Assembly: GCA_963796825.1 (NCBI GenBank)
Contig: CAWCNE010000002.1
Coordinates: forward strand, 532,869-596,868
Direction: 5' to 3'
DNA from: an uncultured Actinomycetota bacterium
GTDB taxonomy: Bacteria > Actinomycetota > Actinomycetes > Mycobacteriales > Mycobacteriaceae
Length of the DNA stretch: 64,000 bases
Positions 44,551 to 56,886 of the stretch are shown here, in pieces. The translations under genes were made by a program, and so were the position numbers. Position 1 is the stretch's first letter. The number at the start of each line of letters is the position of its first letter. Under the pieces are notes generated by a model. The model searched no databases. It was not told where the DNA came from and worked only from the letters and a program-made list of their open reading frames with translations.

Positions 44551-45298
44551 GCCGGCCAGCTCGTTGGCGGTTTCGGAAGACGTCACCGGAACCGCCCGCC
44601 TCCTCACCGTCGAGGGTGTTCTGGACAGCAGCACGTACCTGCGGTTGCGCGCTGCCATCGTGGAGGCCGCACTTGATGAGCCACAAGCCGTCTTGGTCGA
44701 CGTGGACAAACTCGACGTCCCAGCGCCGACGGCGTGGACGGTGTTCACCAGCGCGCGCTGGTTGGTCGACACCTGGCCTGCCGTCCCCATTCACCTCGTA
44801 TGCGGAGATGCCGGACAGCGAAAGGTCATGGTGCGCAACGGTGTCACCCGCCACCTGCGTGTGCATTCGACGGTCGAGGCCGCGTTGGCCGCGCTCACCG
44901 ACACTCGGCGCGCCATGTCGCGGGCCAGCACAGAGTTGCCGGCCGCGCTGGCCAGTCTTCGAACAGCGCGCGAATTCGTGGCGCAGCGACTTGCCGAGTG
45001 GACCTTCGAGCAGCTGATTCCCGTCGCGACGGTCATCGTCAACGTGTTCGTCGAAAACGTTCTGCAGCACACTCCTGATGCGGGGGTGCTGGTGTTGGAG
45101 ACCGACGGTGAGACGGTCGCTGTCTCGGTGCAGGACGCCAGCTCGGTGCCGGCGGCGCGCCACGAGGATCCGTGCCGCGGCGGTGAGCGTATCTCCGGCC
45201 TGGCGATCGTCGCATCGGTATGCCGCGCTTGGGGTAACGCGCCAAGGCCGTCGGGCAAGACGGTGTGGGCCCTCATAGGTCCAGAGAATCGGCTTTGA
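44543..45298 (+). CDS. STAS (anti-anti-sigma) plus HATPase-like domain protein, Rv0941c-like
   Basis: LTVEGVLDSSTY..LR, VENVLQHT, GLAIVASVCRAWG...GKTVWA. Confidence 0.82.
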   Translation: MNRPASSLAVSEDVTGTARLLTVEGVLDSSTYLRLRAAIVEAALDEPQAVLVDVDKLDVPAPTAWTVFTSARWLVDTWPAVPIHLVCGDAGQRKVMVRNGVTRHLRVHSTVEAALAALTDTRRAMSRASTELPAALASLRTAREFVAQRLAEWTFEQLIPVATVIVNVFVENVLQHTPDAGVLVLETDGETVAVSVQDASSVPAARHEDPCRGGERISGLAIVASVCRAWGNAPRPSGKTVWALIGPENRL

Positions 45299-45428
45299 TC
45301 GCGGGAAGTGTTCGCCTCGCGACCCGTCGGCGATTCTCCGATCGTCTGCCTCGATCGCTTCGTTCAGTTTCCAGCTTTTCCGAATACCCGGCAACGCCCC
45401 GGCGCGTCGGCAATCTGCCGTTCCTACT

Positions 45429-46304
45429 ATGACGGGGGTGCGGTTCAGCTATGCGGAGGCGATGACGGACCCGACGTTCTACATCCCACTGGCCAAGGCC
45501 GCCGAGGCAGCCGGGTACGCCAGCATGACCATTCCGGACAGCGTGGCTTACCCGTTCGAGTCGGACTCCACGTATCCCTACACACCCGATGGCAACCGCG
45601 AGTTTCTGGACGGTAAGGCCTTTATCGAGACCTTCGTGCTGACTGCTGCGCTGGGGGCGGTGACGTCGACGCTGCGGTTCAATTTCTTCGTCCTCAAACT
45701 CCCGATCCGCCCGCCGGCATTGGTGGCCAAGCAGGCCGGCTCGCTGGCCGCGCTGATCGGCAACCGCGTCGGTCTCGGCGTAGGCACCAGCCCGTGGCCA
45801 GAAGATTACGAGCTGATGGGTGTACCGTTCGCCAAGCGGGGCAAGCGAATTGACGAATGCATCGAGATCATTCGCGGCCTGACCACCGGCGACTACTTCG
45901 AATTCCACGGCGAGTTCTACGACATACCCAAGACGAAGATGACCCCCGCCCCGACACAACCGATTCCGATCCTGATCGGCGGCCATGCCGACGCTGCGCT
46001 GCGGCGCGCCGCTCGCGCCGACGGCTGGATGCACGGCGGCGGCGACCCGGAAGAACTCGACCGTCTCATCGCGCGGGTCAAGCAGCTCCGCGACGAGGAG
46101 GGCAGGACCGGCCCGTTCGAGATCCACGTGATCTCGGTGGACGGCTTCACCCTCGACGGCGTGAAGCGTCTGGAAGACAAAGGCGTCACCGACGTGATCG
46201 TCGGCTTCCGGATCCCCTACATCATGGGACCGGACACCGAGCCGCTGGAGACCAAGATCCGCAATCTCGAGATGTTCGCGGAGAGAGTGATCGCCAAAGC
46301 CTAG
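45429..46304 (+). CDS. LLM-class F420-dependent oxidoreductase, Rv0940c-like
   Basis: FSYAEAMTDP, IPDSVAYP, LGVGTSPWPEDY, PIPILIGGH. Confidence 0.88.
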   Translation: MTGVRFSYAEAMTDPTFYIPLAKAAEAAGYASMTIPDSVAYPFESDSTYPYTPDGNREFLDGKAFIETFVLTAALGAVTSTLRFNFFVLKLPIRPPALVAKQAGSLAALIGNRVGLGVGTSPWPEDYELMGVPFAKRGKRIDECIEIIRGLTTGDYFEFHGEFYDIPKTKMTPAPTQPIPILIGGHADAALRRAARADGWMHGGGDPEELDRLIARVKQLRDEEGRTGPFEIHVISVDGFTLDGVKRLEDKGVTDVIVGFRIPYIMGPDTEPLETKIRNLEMFAERVIAKA

Positions 46305-46332
46305 CGGCGGTCGGCCGAAACGCCCGAATCGG

Positions 46333-47139
46333 CTACATCGGATCCCACACCGGCGCGCGCTTCTCCTGGTGCGCCTTGGCCGCCTCTGCCGGGTTGTTGG
46401 TGAAACCGGTCAGGATCTGGGTGCGGTTCTCGATCTCGATCGCATGCCGCAGGCTGGGCGCATCCAGCGCGGTGTTCAGCCCGATCTTGGTCTGCCACAC
46501 TCCGAAGGCGTTGTTCTCGGCGATCGAGCGGGCCATCTTCAGGGCCGCCGCCATCAATTCGTCGGGTGGTACCACCTCGTGCACCAGTTTGATGCGGTAG
46601 GCCTCGTCGGCGTCGATGATCCGTCCGGTCAGCATCAGTTCCCGTGCGACGCCCGCCCCGACGATCTTGGGCAGCAGATAACTGGTTCCCATGTCCATCG
46701 ACGAGAACCCCGCCTTGATGAACACCGAGCCGAATCGGGCGTTTTCCGAGGCGATCCGGATGTCGGAGTGCAAGCGCGAATGCCAGCCCACCGCCGACCG
46801 CGACCCCGTTGACTGCGGCGATCACCGGTATCGGTAGTTCATAGAGCCGGGTGTACAGATCGGCCAGTCGCACCTGGGCGTCATAGTTGACCTTGAACGC
46901 GGGGTCTCCGGCGCGTGATTGGTCCAGGCTTCCCCGGTGCCACTCAGGTCCGCACCTGCGCAGAAGCCGCGACCAGCGCCGGTGAGGATCGCGGCGCGGA
47001 ATTCGCCGCCGCTGAGCGCATCCAACGCGTGGTCCATCTCATTGATCAGCGAACCGTCGATGGCGTTCAGCCGATCCGGCCGGTTCAACGTCACGCCGGC
47101 GATGTTGTCTTCGAGCCTATCCACCTCCACGGAAACCAT
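46333..47139 (-). CDS. Enoyl-CoA hydratase/isomerase; frameshifts near 46900 and 46772
   Basis: TLNRPDRLNAI, GRGFCAGADL, PVIAAVNGVAVGGG, ELMLTGR. Confidence 0.85.
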
Positions 47140-47276
47140 GGCGCAACCGTAAGCGAACGCCGACTCTGCGGATGTCTACTGCTGTGATTCCCGTTCATCA
47201 ACGATGCCCCGGGCCTCTTCGATCGCCGTCGCCCATGTCCTTTTCGACGCCGGACTTGATTCCGACGTGGCGCTGT

Positions 47277-47302
47277 GGTTACCCCGTTGACGACATGGGA
47301 AT
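47277..47302 (+). promoter_or_regulatory. Probable SigF-type promoter
   Basis: GGTT-N16-GGGAAT upstream of a small basic stress-type protein. Confidence 0.5.
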
Positions 47303-47339
47303 CCTGTCCGTCGTAGACATCGCTTGATGGAGGTGCATG

Positions 47340-47597
47340 ATGCCGAACTCGTCGATCAAAAACGAGAAAATGTACGAAGACCTGCGCAAGGAAGGCAACT
47401 CGAAGGAGAAGGCCGCGCGGATCTCCAACGCCGCAGCGGCCCGCGGCAAGAAGGCGGTGGGCCGCAAGGGCGGCAACGCCGGCTCCTACGACGACTGGTC
47501 GGTCGCCGATCTGAAAAAGCGGGCCAAAGAACTAGGCGTCACCGGTTACTCAGTGCTCACCAAAGACAAGCTGATCGCCAAGCTGCGCAATCACTGA
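47340..47597 (+). CDS. Small basic protein with a Rho N-terminal-like domain
   Basis: YEDLRKEGNSKEKAARISN...WSVADLKKRAKELGVTGYS.LTKDKLI; GGAGGTG RBS. Confidence 0.78.
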   Translation: MPNSSIKNEKMYEDLRKEGNSKEKAARISNAAAARGKKAVGRKGGNAGSYDDWSVADLKKRAKELGVTGYSVLTKDKLIAKLRNH

Positions 47598-49529
47598 CGC
47601 TTGGCCAACCAATCGGCCTGCATCGCCAGTAGCCCCATCGCCGGTAATTGCGGTGTGCTGGGGTCGAGTTCGCGATAGTGCGTGTAGACGTTGATCACCA
47701 CCCGTTCGGCGTCCAGCCAGCTCGCGTACTCGCCGAGATCGATGGTGTCGGCCGCCTCCACGAACGACAGGCCCTTGCGATACGCGGCCTCGGCCTGCTC
47801 GGCGACGTGGGCGAGATATCCACGCACGCCGCGGATTCCCGTCGACATCGGTCACCGGGCCGTGTCCCGGCACCACCGTCGACGGGTCCAGCGCGATCAT
47901 GGCGTCGCACGCGGCGACCCAGTTGCGCGATGGGGCCGGCCCATACGATCGGGGTGCAGCCGATGAACAGCAGGTCCCCGGCGAACAGCACGCCGGCGTC
48001 TGGCACATGCACGACCGAATCAGCGGCGGTATGCGCCGGACCGAGGTTGAGCAGCTGCACCGCGCGCCCGCCGACCACGATGGTGAGCCGGTCGTCGAAG
48101 GTCTGATCGGCGTTGCGCAGAGTGATCCCGCCGAAATCGAAGGGCCCGAACCGTTCTCGCAAGTATGGGGTTGCGACCGGGCCGAGGTCGGCGTTCATGG
48201 CCATCACCAGCATCTCGGGCGCCATCCCGTGGGCGATCTCCTCGGCGGTACCCGTCGCGGCGATCACCCGCACCGAGCGGTCCAGAAGCTGGTTGCCGTG
48301 GGTGTGGTCCCCGTTGGAGTGGGTGATCAGCGCGTCGGTGATCGGTGCGCGGTCGGTGAGCGGCGCCATCGCGTCCAGCATCTCGCGGGTCAACGGCAAG
48401 TCGAACAGCGTGTCCACCAGCAGCGACGCCCCGTCGCCGACAACCAGACCCGCGTTGCTCCAACCGAACCCGCCGTCCGGCAGCATCCAGGCCCACACCC
48501 GCTCGCCGACCTCGTGCAGCCCACGGGTGTACGGGAATTTCGCCGGCGCCGGGTTGACCCGTGGCGCCGCCGGCGTGGCATCCGGGTTGGGTCTCGGTGA
48601 CAGTGGTTGCGGTGCAGCGGTTTTCCGTACCGTCTGCCGGGTCTCGCCCAGCCCCTCTACCCGCAGCGTCACGACGTCGCCGTCGTGCAGCCAGCCCCGG
48701 AAGGACTCCGGCGCCGCCGGATCGAGGTGCTCGACCAGCGTGCAGGTCGGCACCGTGCCTGAGCCGAACACGTCACCTGGGGTGAGCGTCACGCCGCGCG
48801 ACGCGTAGGAGATGACTTCGGCGAAGCTCCAGTCCATCTGGGCGGTCGAACCCGGATCCGATCACCTCGTCGTTGACCAGTGCGGTCACGTCTAGACTCA
48901 GCCGGCCGTCACGGCGGTACGGCTCGAGTTCGTCCGGCGTGACCAGGTACGGGCCCAGTGTGACGCCGCTGTCCTTGCCCTTGGCCTGGCCGATCGCCAG
49001 TTGACCTTCCAGTTGCTGCAAGTCGCGCGCCGACCAGTCGTTGAAGATCATGTATCCGACGATCGCCTGTTCGGCTTCGTCGACCGACAGGTCTCGTCCC
49101 TGCAGTCCCGATCACCGCGGCGACTTCCAATTCGAAGTCCTGCCAGACACTTCCGGGGGCCATCGGGGCGTCGTCGTAGGGACCGAGAACGGTGGTCGGA
49201 CAGGCGAAGTAGAACGCCGGGATCCGGTACCAGGTGTCCTTGAGCACCCGCCCGCCGCCCATGGCCGCCTGACAGTTGCGCATGTGGTCGAGGAAGCACA
49301 GGCTGTCACGGATCGACGGCGGCCGCGGGATCGGCGCCATCAGCGTCACCTGGTCCAGCGGCACGGTGGCGCCGAGCGCAGCGCGGCCTCCCCCGCCTCG
49401 GCCAGGCCGGCCGCACCGCGCCCGATCAGCTCGAGCAAGCTCACGCCCGGCTGCAGCGGATGGATCTTCGTCGCCGGACAGCACCCCGGTCCGCTGGCCG
49501 CTGTCGTCTCGAAAGGTCAGCCACCGCAT
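47591..49529 (-). CDS. Bifunctional FAH-family hydrolase/metallo-beta-lactamase-fold cyclase, Rv0939-like; several frameshifts
   Basis: DFELEVAAVIG, IFNDWSARD, AKGKD, GDVFGSGT; HSNGDH, AHT, GDLLF, VPGHG. Confidence 0.85.
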
Positions 49530-49548
49530 CGAGATACCGTATTCGACC

Positions 49549-50191
49549 ATGGCCATCACCGTCGCCGAATATCGAGGTCGCCGACCCACCGGCCAGCCTG
49601 GGCACGAGCCGGGTTCACCGTGGACTCCGACGCCGTCTGCCGGGTCGGCGGCGTCGACATCCGGCTGGCCGGGAGCGGCCGCGGCACCGGCATCGTCGGG
49701 TGGTCGTTGCGTGGCCTGCCGCGACGGCTCGGCCGACGAGCTCGACGGCATCCCGACGACGAGGTCCAGATGCGGTCGTCTCGATGCCGGCTCTGCACCC
49801 GAACGGCGTCACCGCCATCGACCATGTCGTGCTGCTGTCACCCGACCTGGGTCGAACGGTCGAATCGCTGGCCGCCGTCGGTGCCGCACCTCGCCGGGAG
49901 CGGGACGGCCAGCTCGGCGGACGACCGATCCGCCAGATCTTCTTCCGGTTCGGCGAGGTGATCGTCGAAGTCGTCGGTTCGCCGGAGGCCGCGAGCGAGG
50001 GTCCATCCACGCTCTGGGGCATCACCTACGAAGTCGCTGACATCGACGCGACCGCCGCTTACTTCGGCGACCGCACGGCACCGGTCAAGGACGCGGTGCA
50101 GCCCGGACGCCGGATCACCACGCTGCGGCATCACGAGCTCGGAATGTCGGTCCGGTCGGCGATGATCTCAGCGCCTATTCTCGGCACGTGA
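49549..50191 (+). CDS. VOC/glyoxalase-like protein; frameshifts
   Basis: [44 protein letters not shown]. Confidence 0.7.
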
Positions 50192-50706
50192 CCGATCCAG
50201 CCGACCGCGCCGTCGTCATCCACACCGACGGCGGCTGCCGGCCCAACCCCGGCCCCGGCGGGTGGGGTGCGGTGCTGCGCCACGGCCAGCACGTCCGCGA
50301 GATGTGCGGCGGCGAGTCCGGCGAGACCAGCAACAACCGGATGGAATTGACCGCGCCGATCATGGCGCTGGAGGCGCTCACCCGACCCGTGACGGTGCAC
50401 CTCTACACCGACAGCACCTATGTCCGCAACGGCATCACCAAGTGGGTGCTCGGCTGGGAGCGCAACGGCTGGAAGACCGCCGCCAAGCAGCCGGTGAAGA
50501 ACGTCGACCTGTGGCAGCGGCTTCAGCTGGCCTGCTCGCGTCATCAGGTCGAATGGTTCTGGGTGAAGGGGCACTCGGGAGTCGCCGACAACGAGTTGGC
50601 CGACGAGCTGGCGACCCGGGGCTTGCTGGAAGCGATCGACGCCGGCTACTCCCGGACCACCTCGCCGGGCTCCTTGTCGGGCCGCAGCCCACGCCAACTG
50701 GGTTGA
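50188..50706 (+). CDS. rnhA: Ribonuclease HI
   Basis: [53 protein letters not shown]. Confidence 0.93.
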   Translation: MTDPADRAVVIHTDGGCRPNPGPGGWGAVLRHGQHVREMCGGESGETSNNRMELTAPIMALEALTRPVTVHLYTDSTYVRNGITKWVLGWERNGWKTAAKQPVKNVDLWQRLQLACSRHQVEWFWVKGHSGVADNELADELATRGLLEAIDAGYSRTTSPGSLSGRSPRQLG

Positions 50707-52916
50707 CGCAGCCGGCCATCCGACGTCCATTCGCTGTAGCGGACCTCGCCGACCAGGGTCGGCTTCACGAACGTCACGCCCTTGGCGTCTTGGGCGGAAA
50801 GCCTTGCATCGAAGGGTGATTCGTCGGTGTGCAGCGGCTCGAGTGTCTTCTTCAGGTTGGCCAGGTCGCGCTCGGTGAAACCGGTGCCGACCCGTCCGGC
50901 GAAATGCAGTCCGTCGGCGGCGGGGATACCCATCAACAGTGAACCGATGCCGCTGGTGCGCCCGCCCTCGCCGGCGCGCCAACCGCCGATGACGACTTCC
51001 TGGGTGTTCCAGTACTTGTCCTTGACCCAGGACGCCGAGCGACGGCCCGGCTGATACGTGGAGTCGCGCTTCTTGGCGATCACGCCTTCCCACTGCTGTT
51101 TGCGCGAATACTCCAGCGCCTGCGGCGCCGTCGCCGGACAGCAGGTCGGGCACGTTCAGACCACCGCGCGGAAGCCAGTGTTTCCAATAACTTTCGCCGG
51201 TCGCGATACTTGGCCCGCAATAGCGATCGCCCATCGAGATACAACAGATCGAAAGCCCGAAATTCGATGCGGGTGGCGCGCGCCCGGTTCTGCATCTCGG
51301 AGAACCGGGGCACGCCGGATGCGTCGAGCGCGACGACCTCGCCGTCGAGCACGGCATGGTGGTCGGCGAGATCGGCTGCCAGCGAACGAAGTTGCGGGAA
51401 CTCCTCGGTGAGATCACGCCCGCTGCGCGATCGCAACCGCACCTGGCCGTGGTCGGCGTCGACCAGCAATCGATAGCCGTCCCACTTGGCCTCGAACGCC
51501 CACTGCGACGCGGTCAACTTCGCCACCGAACCGTGGGTCGCCAGCATCGGCGCCAGACCGTCGAAGTCGAAGACGTGCTGGTCTTTCATCCGGTGCGCCA
51601 GCCACTGGTTGCCGTCGGTCTGGATCAGCGCGTAGCGGCCCGAGATCCGTTGGCCGTGCAGGGTCACGATGACTTCACCTTTTTCACCGGAATCGTTGAA
51701 CTTCTCGGTGTCGTAGGTGCCGGAATCCCAGATGACCACCTTGCCGCCGCCGTACTCCCCCTTCGGGATCGTCCCCTCGAAGCCGCCGTACTCCAGTGGA
51801 TGGTCTTCGGTGTGGACCGCCAGGTGATTGACCGCGGTGGTCTCCGGCAGATTCTTCGGCACGGCCCACGACACCAGCACACCGTCGCGTTCGAGCCGGA
51901 AGTCGTAGTGCAGCCGACGGGCGTGATGCTCCTGAATCACGAACGTATTTCCCTGACCCGCAGCCGGTTTGGAATCAGGTACCGGCTCCGGGGTCTTCGC
52001 AGCGTCGCGCATGCTCGCGGTATTTCGTCAGCCGGTCGGGGGTACCCACGTCGGCGTCCAGGGCCGCCAGCAGATCGCCGTCGCGTTCGACTCGCTCGAG
52101 CACTTCGTCATAGCGCAGTTGACGCAGCTTGGTGTCGTCGAGTTCGTCCCAGGTGCGCGGCGCGGCGACGGTCGGATATTCCCGGCCGCGCAGCGAATAC
52201 GGCGCGATGGTGGTCTTCGAGCCGTTGTTCTGGCTCCAGTCCACGAACACCTTGCCCGCCCGCACGCTCTTGGTCATCGTCGGCGGTGACCAGCTTGGGC
52301 ATCGACGTTTCCAGTTGCTGGGCAACCCTTTTGGCCAACACCACCGCGCCCCGGCTGCTCACCGGCTTGTCCAGCGGGCTGTAGAGGTGCATCCCCTTGC
52401 TACCGCTGGTGAGCGGATAGGTGGTCAGCCCGATGTCGGCGATCAGATCGCGTACGGCGCGGGCCACCTTGGCGAGTTGCGCCATCGTCACGCCCTCGCC
52501 GGGGTCGAGATCGAACACCAGGCGGGTGGCCGGGCCCGGCTTGAGTTCTTCGCCTTTGACGCGTCCACTCGGCGACGAAACGCCATTGCGGCACATGCAC
52601 TTCCAACGCGGCTTGCTGGGCGATCCAGGCCAAACCGTCGACGCTGTCGATGATCGGATAGGTCGTCGTGCCGGATTTATGCGTGATGCTCGCCGCGCGG
52701 CAGCCACTCCGGCGCCGAAGCGGCCAGCTGCTTTTCGAAGAACGAGGACTGCTCAACGCCGTTGGGCCAACGCTTTCGGGTGGCCGCGCGCCCGGCAATG
52801 TGCGGGACCATCACTTCCGCGATATCGGTGTAATAGTCGAAGATTTCGGACTTGGTGGTTCCAGTCGCCGGATACAAGACCTTGTCGGCGTTGGTCAATT
52901 TCACCCGCGGCGCCAT
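50646..52916 (-). CDS. ligD: NHEJ DNA ligase D (polymerase-phosphoesterase-ligase); several frameshifts
   Basis: [64 protein letters not shown]. Confidence 0.95.
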
Positions 52917-53053
52917 GATGCCAACCTACGCCGCGGTTTATCCCCTCTCACCACGCCTTATGACGGGCCCATGACGAGTTCGTGACTCGGGACACGGTGA
53001 GTTAACACACTAAAACGTTTAAGTAGCGGTGAGCTGGGAGACATGAGGTGGCC

Positions 53054-54583
53054 ATGCGAAAAGTAATTCCTTGGCGGCCAAGCGCCGGAGTTCCGCTCAG
53101 TGACGACACCCTTCCGCTGCATTCTCAGTCGCAACACATCGACGTGCCGACGTACGACCGTTCGACGCTGCAGCGCGGCGTCGTCCACATCGGTGCCGGT
53201 AACTTCCACCGCGCCCACCAAGCCGTCTACTTCGACGACCTGGCCTACTCGGGCATTTCCGACAAGTGGGGAGTCACCGGCGTCAGCCTGCGCTCCCCCG
53301 AGGTCAAGGACGTGCTGTCGGCCCAGGACGGGTTGTACACCGTCGTGGAGCGTGGCCATGAGGGCGAGACGGCCCGCGTGGTCGGCTCGATCGGCTCCGT
53401 CCACTACGCACCCAACGACGGCGCAGCGGTTCGTGCCGCGCTGGCAGACCCCCACACCCGGGTGGTCAGCCTGACCATCACCGGCAACGGCTACTTTCTG
53501 GACCCGGTCACCCGCGAGTTCGACGCCGAGCCATCCCGATGTGCGGGCCGATCTCACCCAGTCGTCAGGCAGCTATGTCACCGCGTGGGGGTACCTGACC
53601 GACGCACTGGAGTTGCGTCGCCGGGCGGGGACCCCCCGTTCACGGTGCTCTGCTGCGACAACATTCCGGACAACACCGCAGGCGGCCCGTACCGCGCTGG
53701 TCTCGTTTGCCGCGCTGAAGGATCCCGGGCTGGCTCGCTGGATCGACACCTACGTCGCGTTCCCGTCGACCATGGTCGATCGGATCACGCCGCAGACATC
53801 GGAGTCGGAAGTCGAGTTCGTCAGGGAGACCTTCGGGATCGCCGACAAGTGGCCGGTGCTCACCGAGCCGTACAGCCAGTGGGTCATCGAGGACAGACTT
53901 CTGCGACGGTCGCCCGCCGCTAGACGAGGTCGGCGCCCAGTTCGTCACCGACGTCGAGCGACCACAAGTTGGTGAAGACCCGGCTACTCAACGGAACCCA
54001 CATCGCGATGTCGTGCCTGGCCACGCTGGCCGGCTACCGCCGCACCGACGAAGCGATGGGCAACGAGGTCATTTACGACTTCGTCGAGCAGCTGATGCGT
54101 GACGAGAGTTCAGCCACTGCTGCCGGCGGTGCCGGGGATGAACACCCCCGAGTACCGCTCATCGCTGCTGGTGCGGCTGAGCAATCCCCAGATGAGCGAC
54201 CAGTTGTCGCGACTGGCCCGCCGCGGATCGGAGAAGATCGCGTCGTTCCTGTTGCCGTCGCTGACGAGGCGATCGAGCAGGACCGTCCGCACACGCTGCT
54301 GATGCTCGCGCTGGCCGGGTGGATCCGTTACCTGCGGGGCACCGACCTCAAGGGTTGCACGATCGACATCGACGACCCCGAGAAAGAGCTGTTGACCAAG
54401 TTGGCGGCGATGGATGGCAACAATCCTGACGCGCTGTTGCGTCACGAGATCTTCGCCGAACTTCGGGTGATTCCTGGATTTGTGGACCGCCTGCGCGCGA
54501 TGATCACTTCCATCGACGAAAACGGTGTAGAAACCACGCTGCGCCGATCGCTGCGGGACGACGTACAGGAGCTGGTGTCGTGA
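53054..54583 (+). CDS. Mannitol dehydrogenase family protein (copy 1); several frameshifts
   Basis: VHIGAGNFHRAHQA, VVSLTIT, CCDNI, FPSTMVDRITP, KTRLLNGTH. Confidence 0.85.
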
Positions 54584-55442
54584 TGAGCCGGCCCCTGGAA
54601 TTCGTGCGCCCGTTCGACCCCGCGGTCGATCACCACGTTGCTGTTGGACGCCGATGACAACCTCTTCCCGTCCGAGTCGCCGGCATTCGACGCCTCGGCC
54701 GAGGTCACCACGCAATTCCTGGCCAAGTTCGGCGTCACCGCGCCGCTCAGTGGCGACGAGCTGCGGAAAAAGGCCGTGGGCAAGAATTTTCGCAGCACCG
54801 CGACCGATCTGGCCGTGCTGAGCGGAATTCCGTTCGAGAAGGCGCTGGCCGATGGCCGTCCCGACGCGCAGGTGGCGTCGGACAGTGACGTGGCCAGCGG
54901 TCGCGCGCTGACCGCCGACGAGCTCGAAACGTGGGTACGCCGGGAGCGCGAGCAGGTCACGGCTCACCTGGCCGTGACGCTGAAGCCCGACCCGGAAGTA
55001 CTTGGGCCGCTGCAGGATCTGGCACCTCGGTTCGCGATGGCCGCGGTCAGCTCCAGTGCCCTCGGTCGCCTGAAGGCGTCCTTCACCGCTGCCGGTCTCG
55101 ATCCGCTCGTCCCCGGGGCGGTGCGCTTCAGCGCGGAAGATTCGCTGCCGGTGCCGACCAGCAAGCCGGACCCCGCGGTGTATCTGCATGCCGGCCGGGT
55201 GTTGGGGGTCGAAGGCTCGCACGGGCTGGCCGTCGAAGACTCGGTGCCCGGTGTGACCTCAGCCGTCGCCGCCGGGTACTACGCCGTCGGTAACGTGATG
55301 TTTGTTCCAGCCGATGAACAGCAAAGCCGCACAAAGGAATTGACTCGACGCCGGCGCTGTCGCCGTCACCGACTCGTGGCGCGCACTGGCCGATGCCCTC
55401 ATCCTGGCGGCCGTGACGAGCGGAGGTTCGACGCTCAGCTAG
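54583..55442 (+). CDS. HAD-superfamily phosphatase; frameshifts near 54628 and 55345
   Basis: Motif I LLDADDNL, motif II VSSS, KPDPAVY, VEDSVPG; TGATG coupling to upstream gene. Confidence 0.8.
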
Positions 55443-55473
55443 GCATCGCCTCCCCGGAAGGAGTTGCACCACC

Positions 55474-56886
55474 GTGCCTGACGCAATAGCTCTGAACAAC
55501 CCAGCGCTGGCAAACCTGCCGATCGACGCGCCGACATACGACCGCGCCAAGCGTCAGCGTCGGCATCGCGCATATCGGCGCCGGCCACTTCCACCGCGCG
55601 CACCAAGCCGCCTACATCAACTTGCTGCTGCAGCAGGGATTGGCGCAGGAATGGGGCATCTGCGGCGTCGGCGTGATGCCCGCCGACTGGACCATGCGCG
55701 ACGTCCTCACCGACCAGGACGGGCTGTACACGCTGATCCTGGAGAACCCCGACGGCACCCGGGACGCCCAGGTGATCGGGTCGATCATCGATTACCGTTA
55801 TGCTCCCGACGATCCGGAGTCGGCGCTGGAGGTGCTGGCTGCGCCGTCTACCCGGATCATTTCGCTGACCATCACCGAAGGCGGCTACCGCGATCCCGAC
55901 GGTCCCGCGTTCACGTTGATCACCGAGGCGCTCGCCCGGCGTCGTAACCAGGGAATCCCCGCCCCGACCATCGTGTCGTGCGACAACATCGAGAACAACG
56001 GTGAGGTCGCCAAGCGGACCGTGCTGGCCAGCGCCGAACGCGTCGATCCCGAGTTGGCCGAATGGATCGGCGAACACGGCACGTTCCCCAACTCGATGGT
56101 CGACCGCATCACTCCCGCAACGACTTTGGAGATGGCCGCCGAGGTGCGCCGCGACTTCGGTGTCGACGACCGGTGGCCGGTGGTGGCCGAGCCGTTCAGC
56201 GCCTGGGTGATCGAGGACGACTTCGCCGATGGCAGGCCGCCGCTGGAGCAGGCGGGCGTGCTGGTGGTCGACGATGTCGGCCCGTACGAGTTGATGAAGC
56301 TGCGCATGCTCAACGCGGGCCACCAGTGCCTGTGCTACTTCGCCCACCTGTGCGGCTTCGAGTTCGTCCACGAGGCGGCGCAGGATCCGTTGTTCGCCGA
56401 AGTATCTGCTGACCTACTTCGAGAACGAGGCCATCCCGACCCTGCCCTCGGTGCCCGGGATCGACCTGCACGAGTTCGGCCGCACGCTGATCGAGCGGTT
56501 CGCCAACCCGGCGGTGCGCGACACCGTCGCGCGGCATCTGCGCCTACTCCTCGGACCGCATCCCAAAGTGGCTGTTCCCGGTCATTTGCGACAACCTGGC
56601 CAACGACGGGCCGGTGCAGATGGCGTCTGCGGCGGTGGCCAGTTGGGCCCGCTATGCCGAGGGCGTCGACGAGTGGGGCGAGCCGTACGAGGTGCTCGAC
56701 CAACTGGCCGACTCGCTCATTCCGATCGCCCGGTCGCAGCACGAGAACCCATGCGCGTTCATCGAGATCACTGCGGTGTTCGGCGACCTGGCCCATCAGC
56801 ACCGGTTTGTCGAGGCATACCGCTGGGCGCTGGATTCGTTGCACAGCAAGGGAGCTCGCGCGACATTGGAGGCGTTGGTGCAATGA
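55474..56886 (+). CDS. Mannitol dehydrogenase family protein (copy 2); frameshifts
   Basis: HIGAGHFHRAHQA, ISLTITEGGY, SCDNI, FPNSMVDRITP, MKLRMLNAGH. Confidence 0.87.

Noticed and set aside
45299..45428. Expected KstR box upstream of the Rv0940c-like gene
   Set aside because: No convincing TnnAACnnGTTnnA match found by eye
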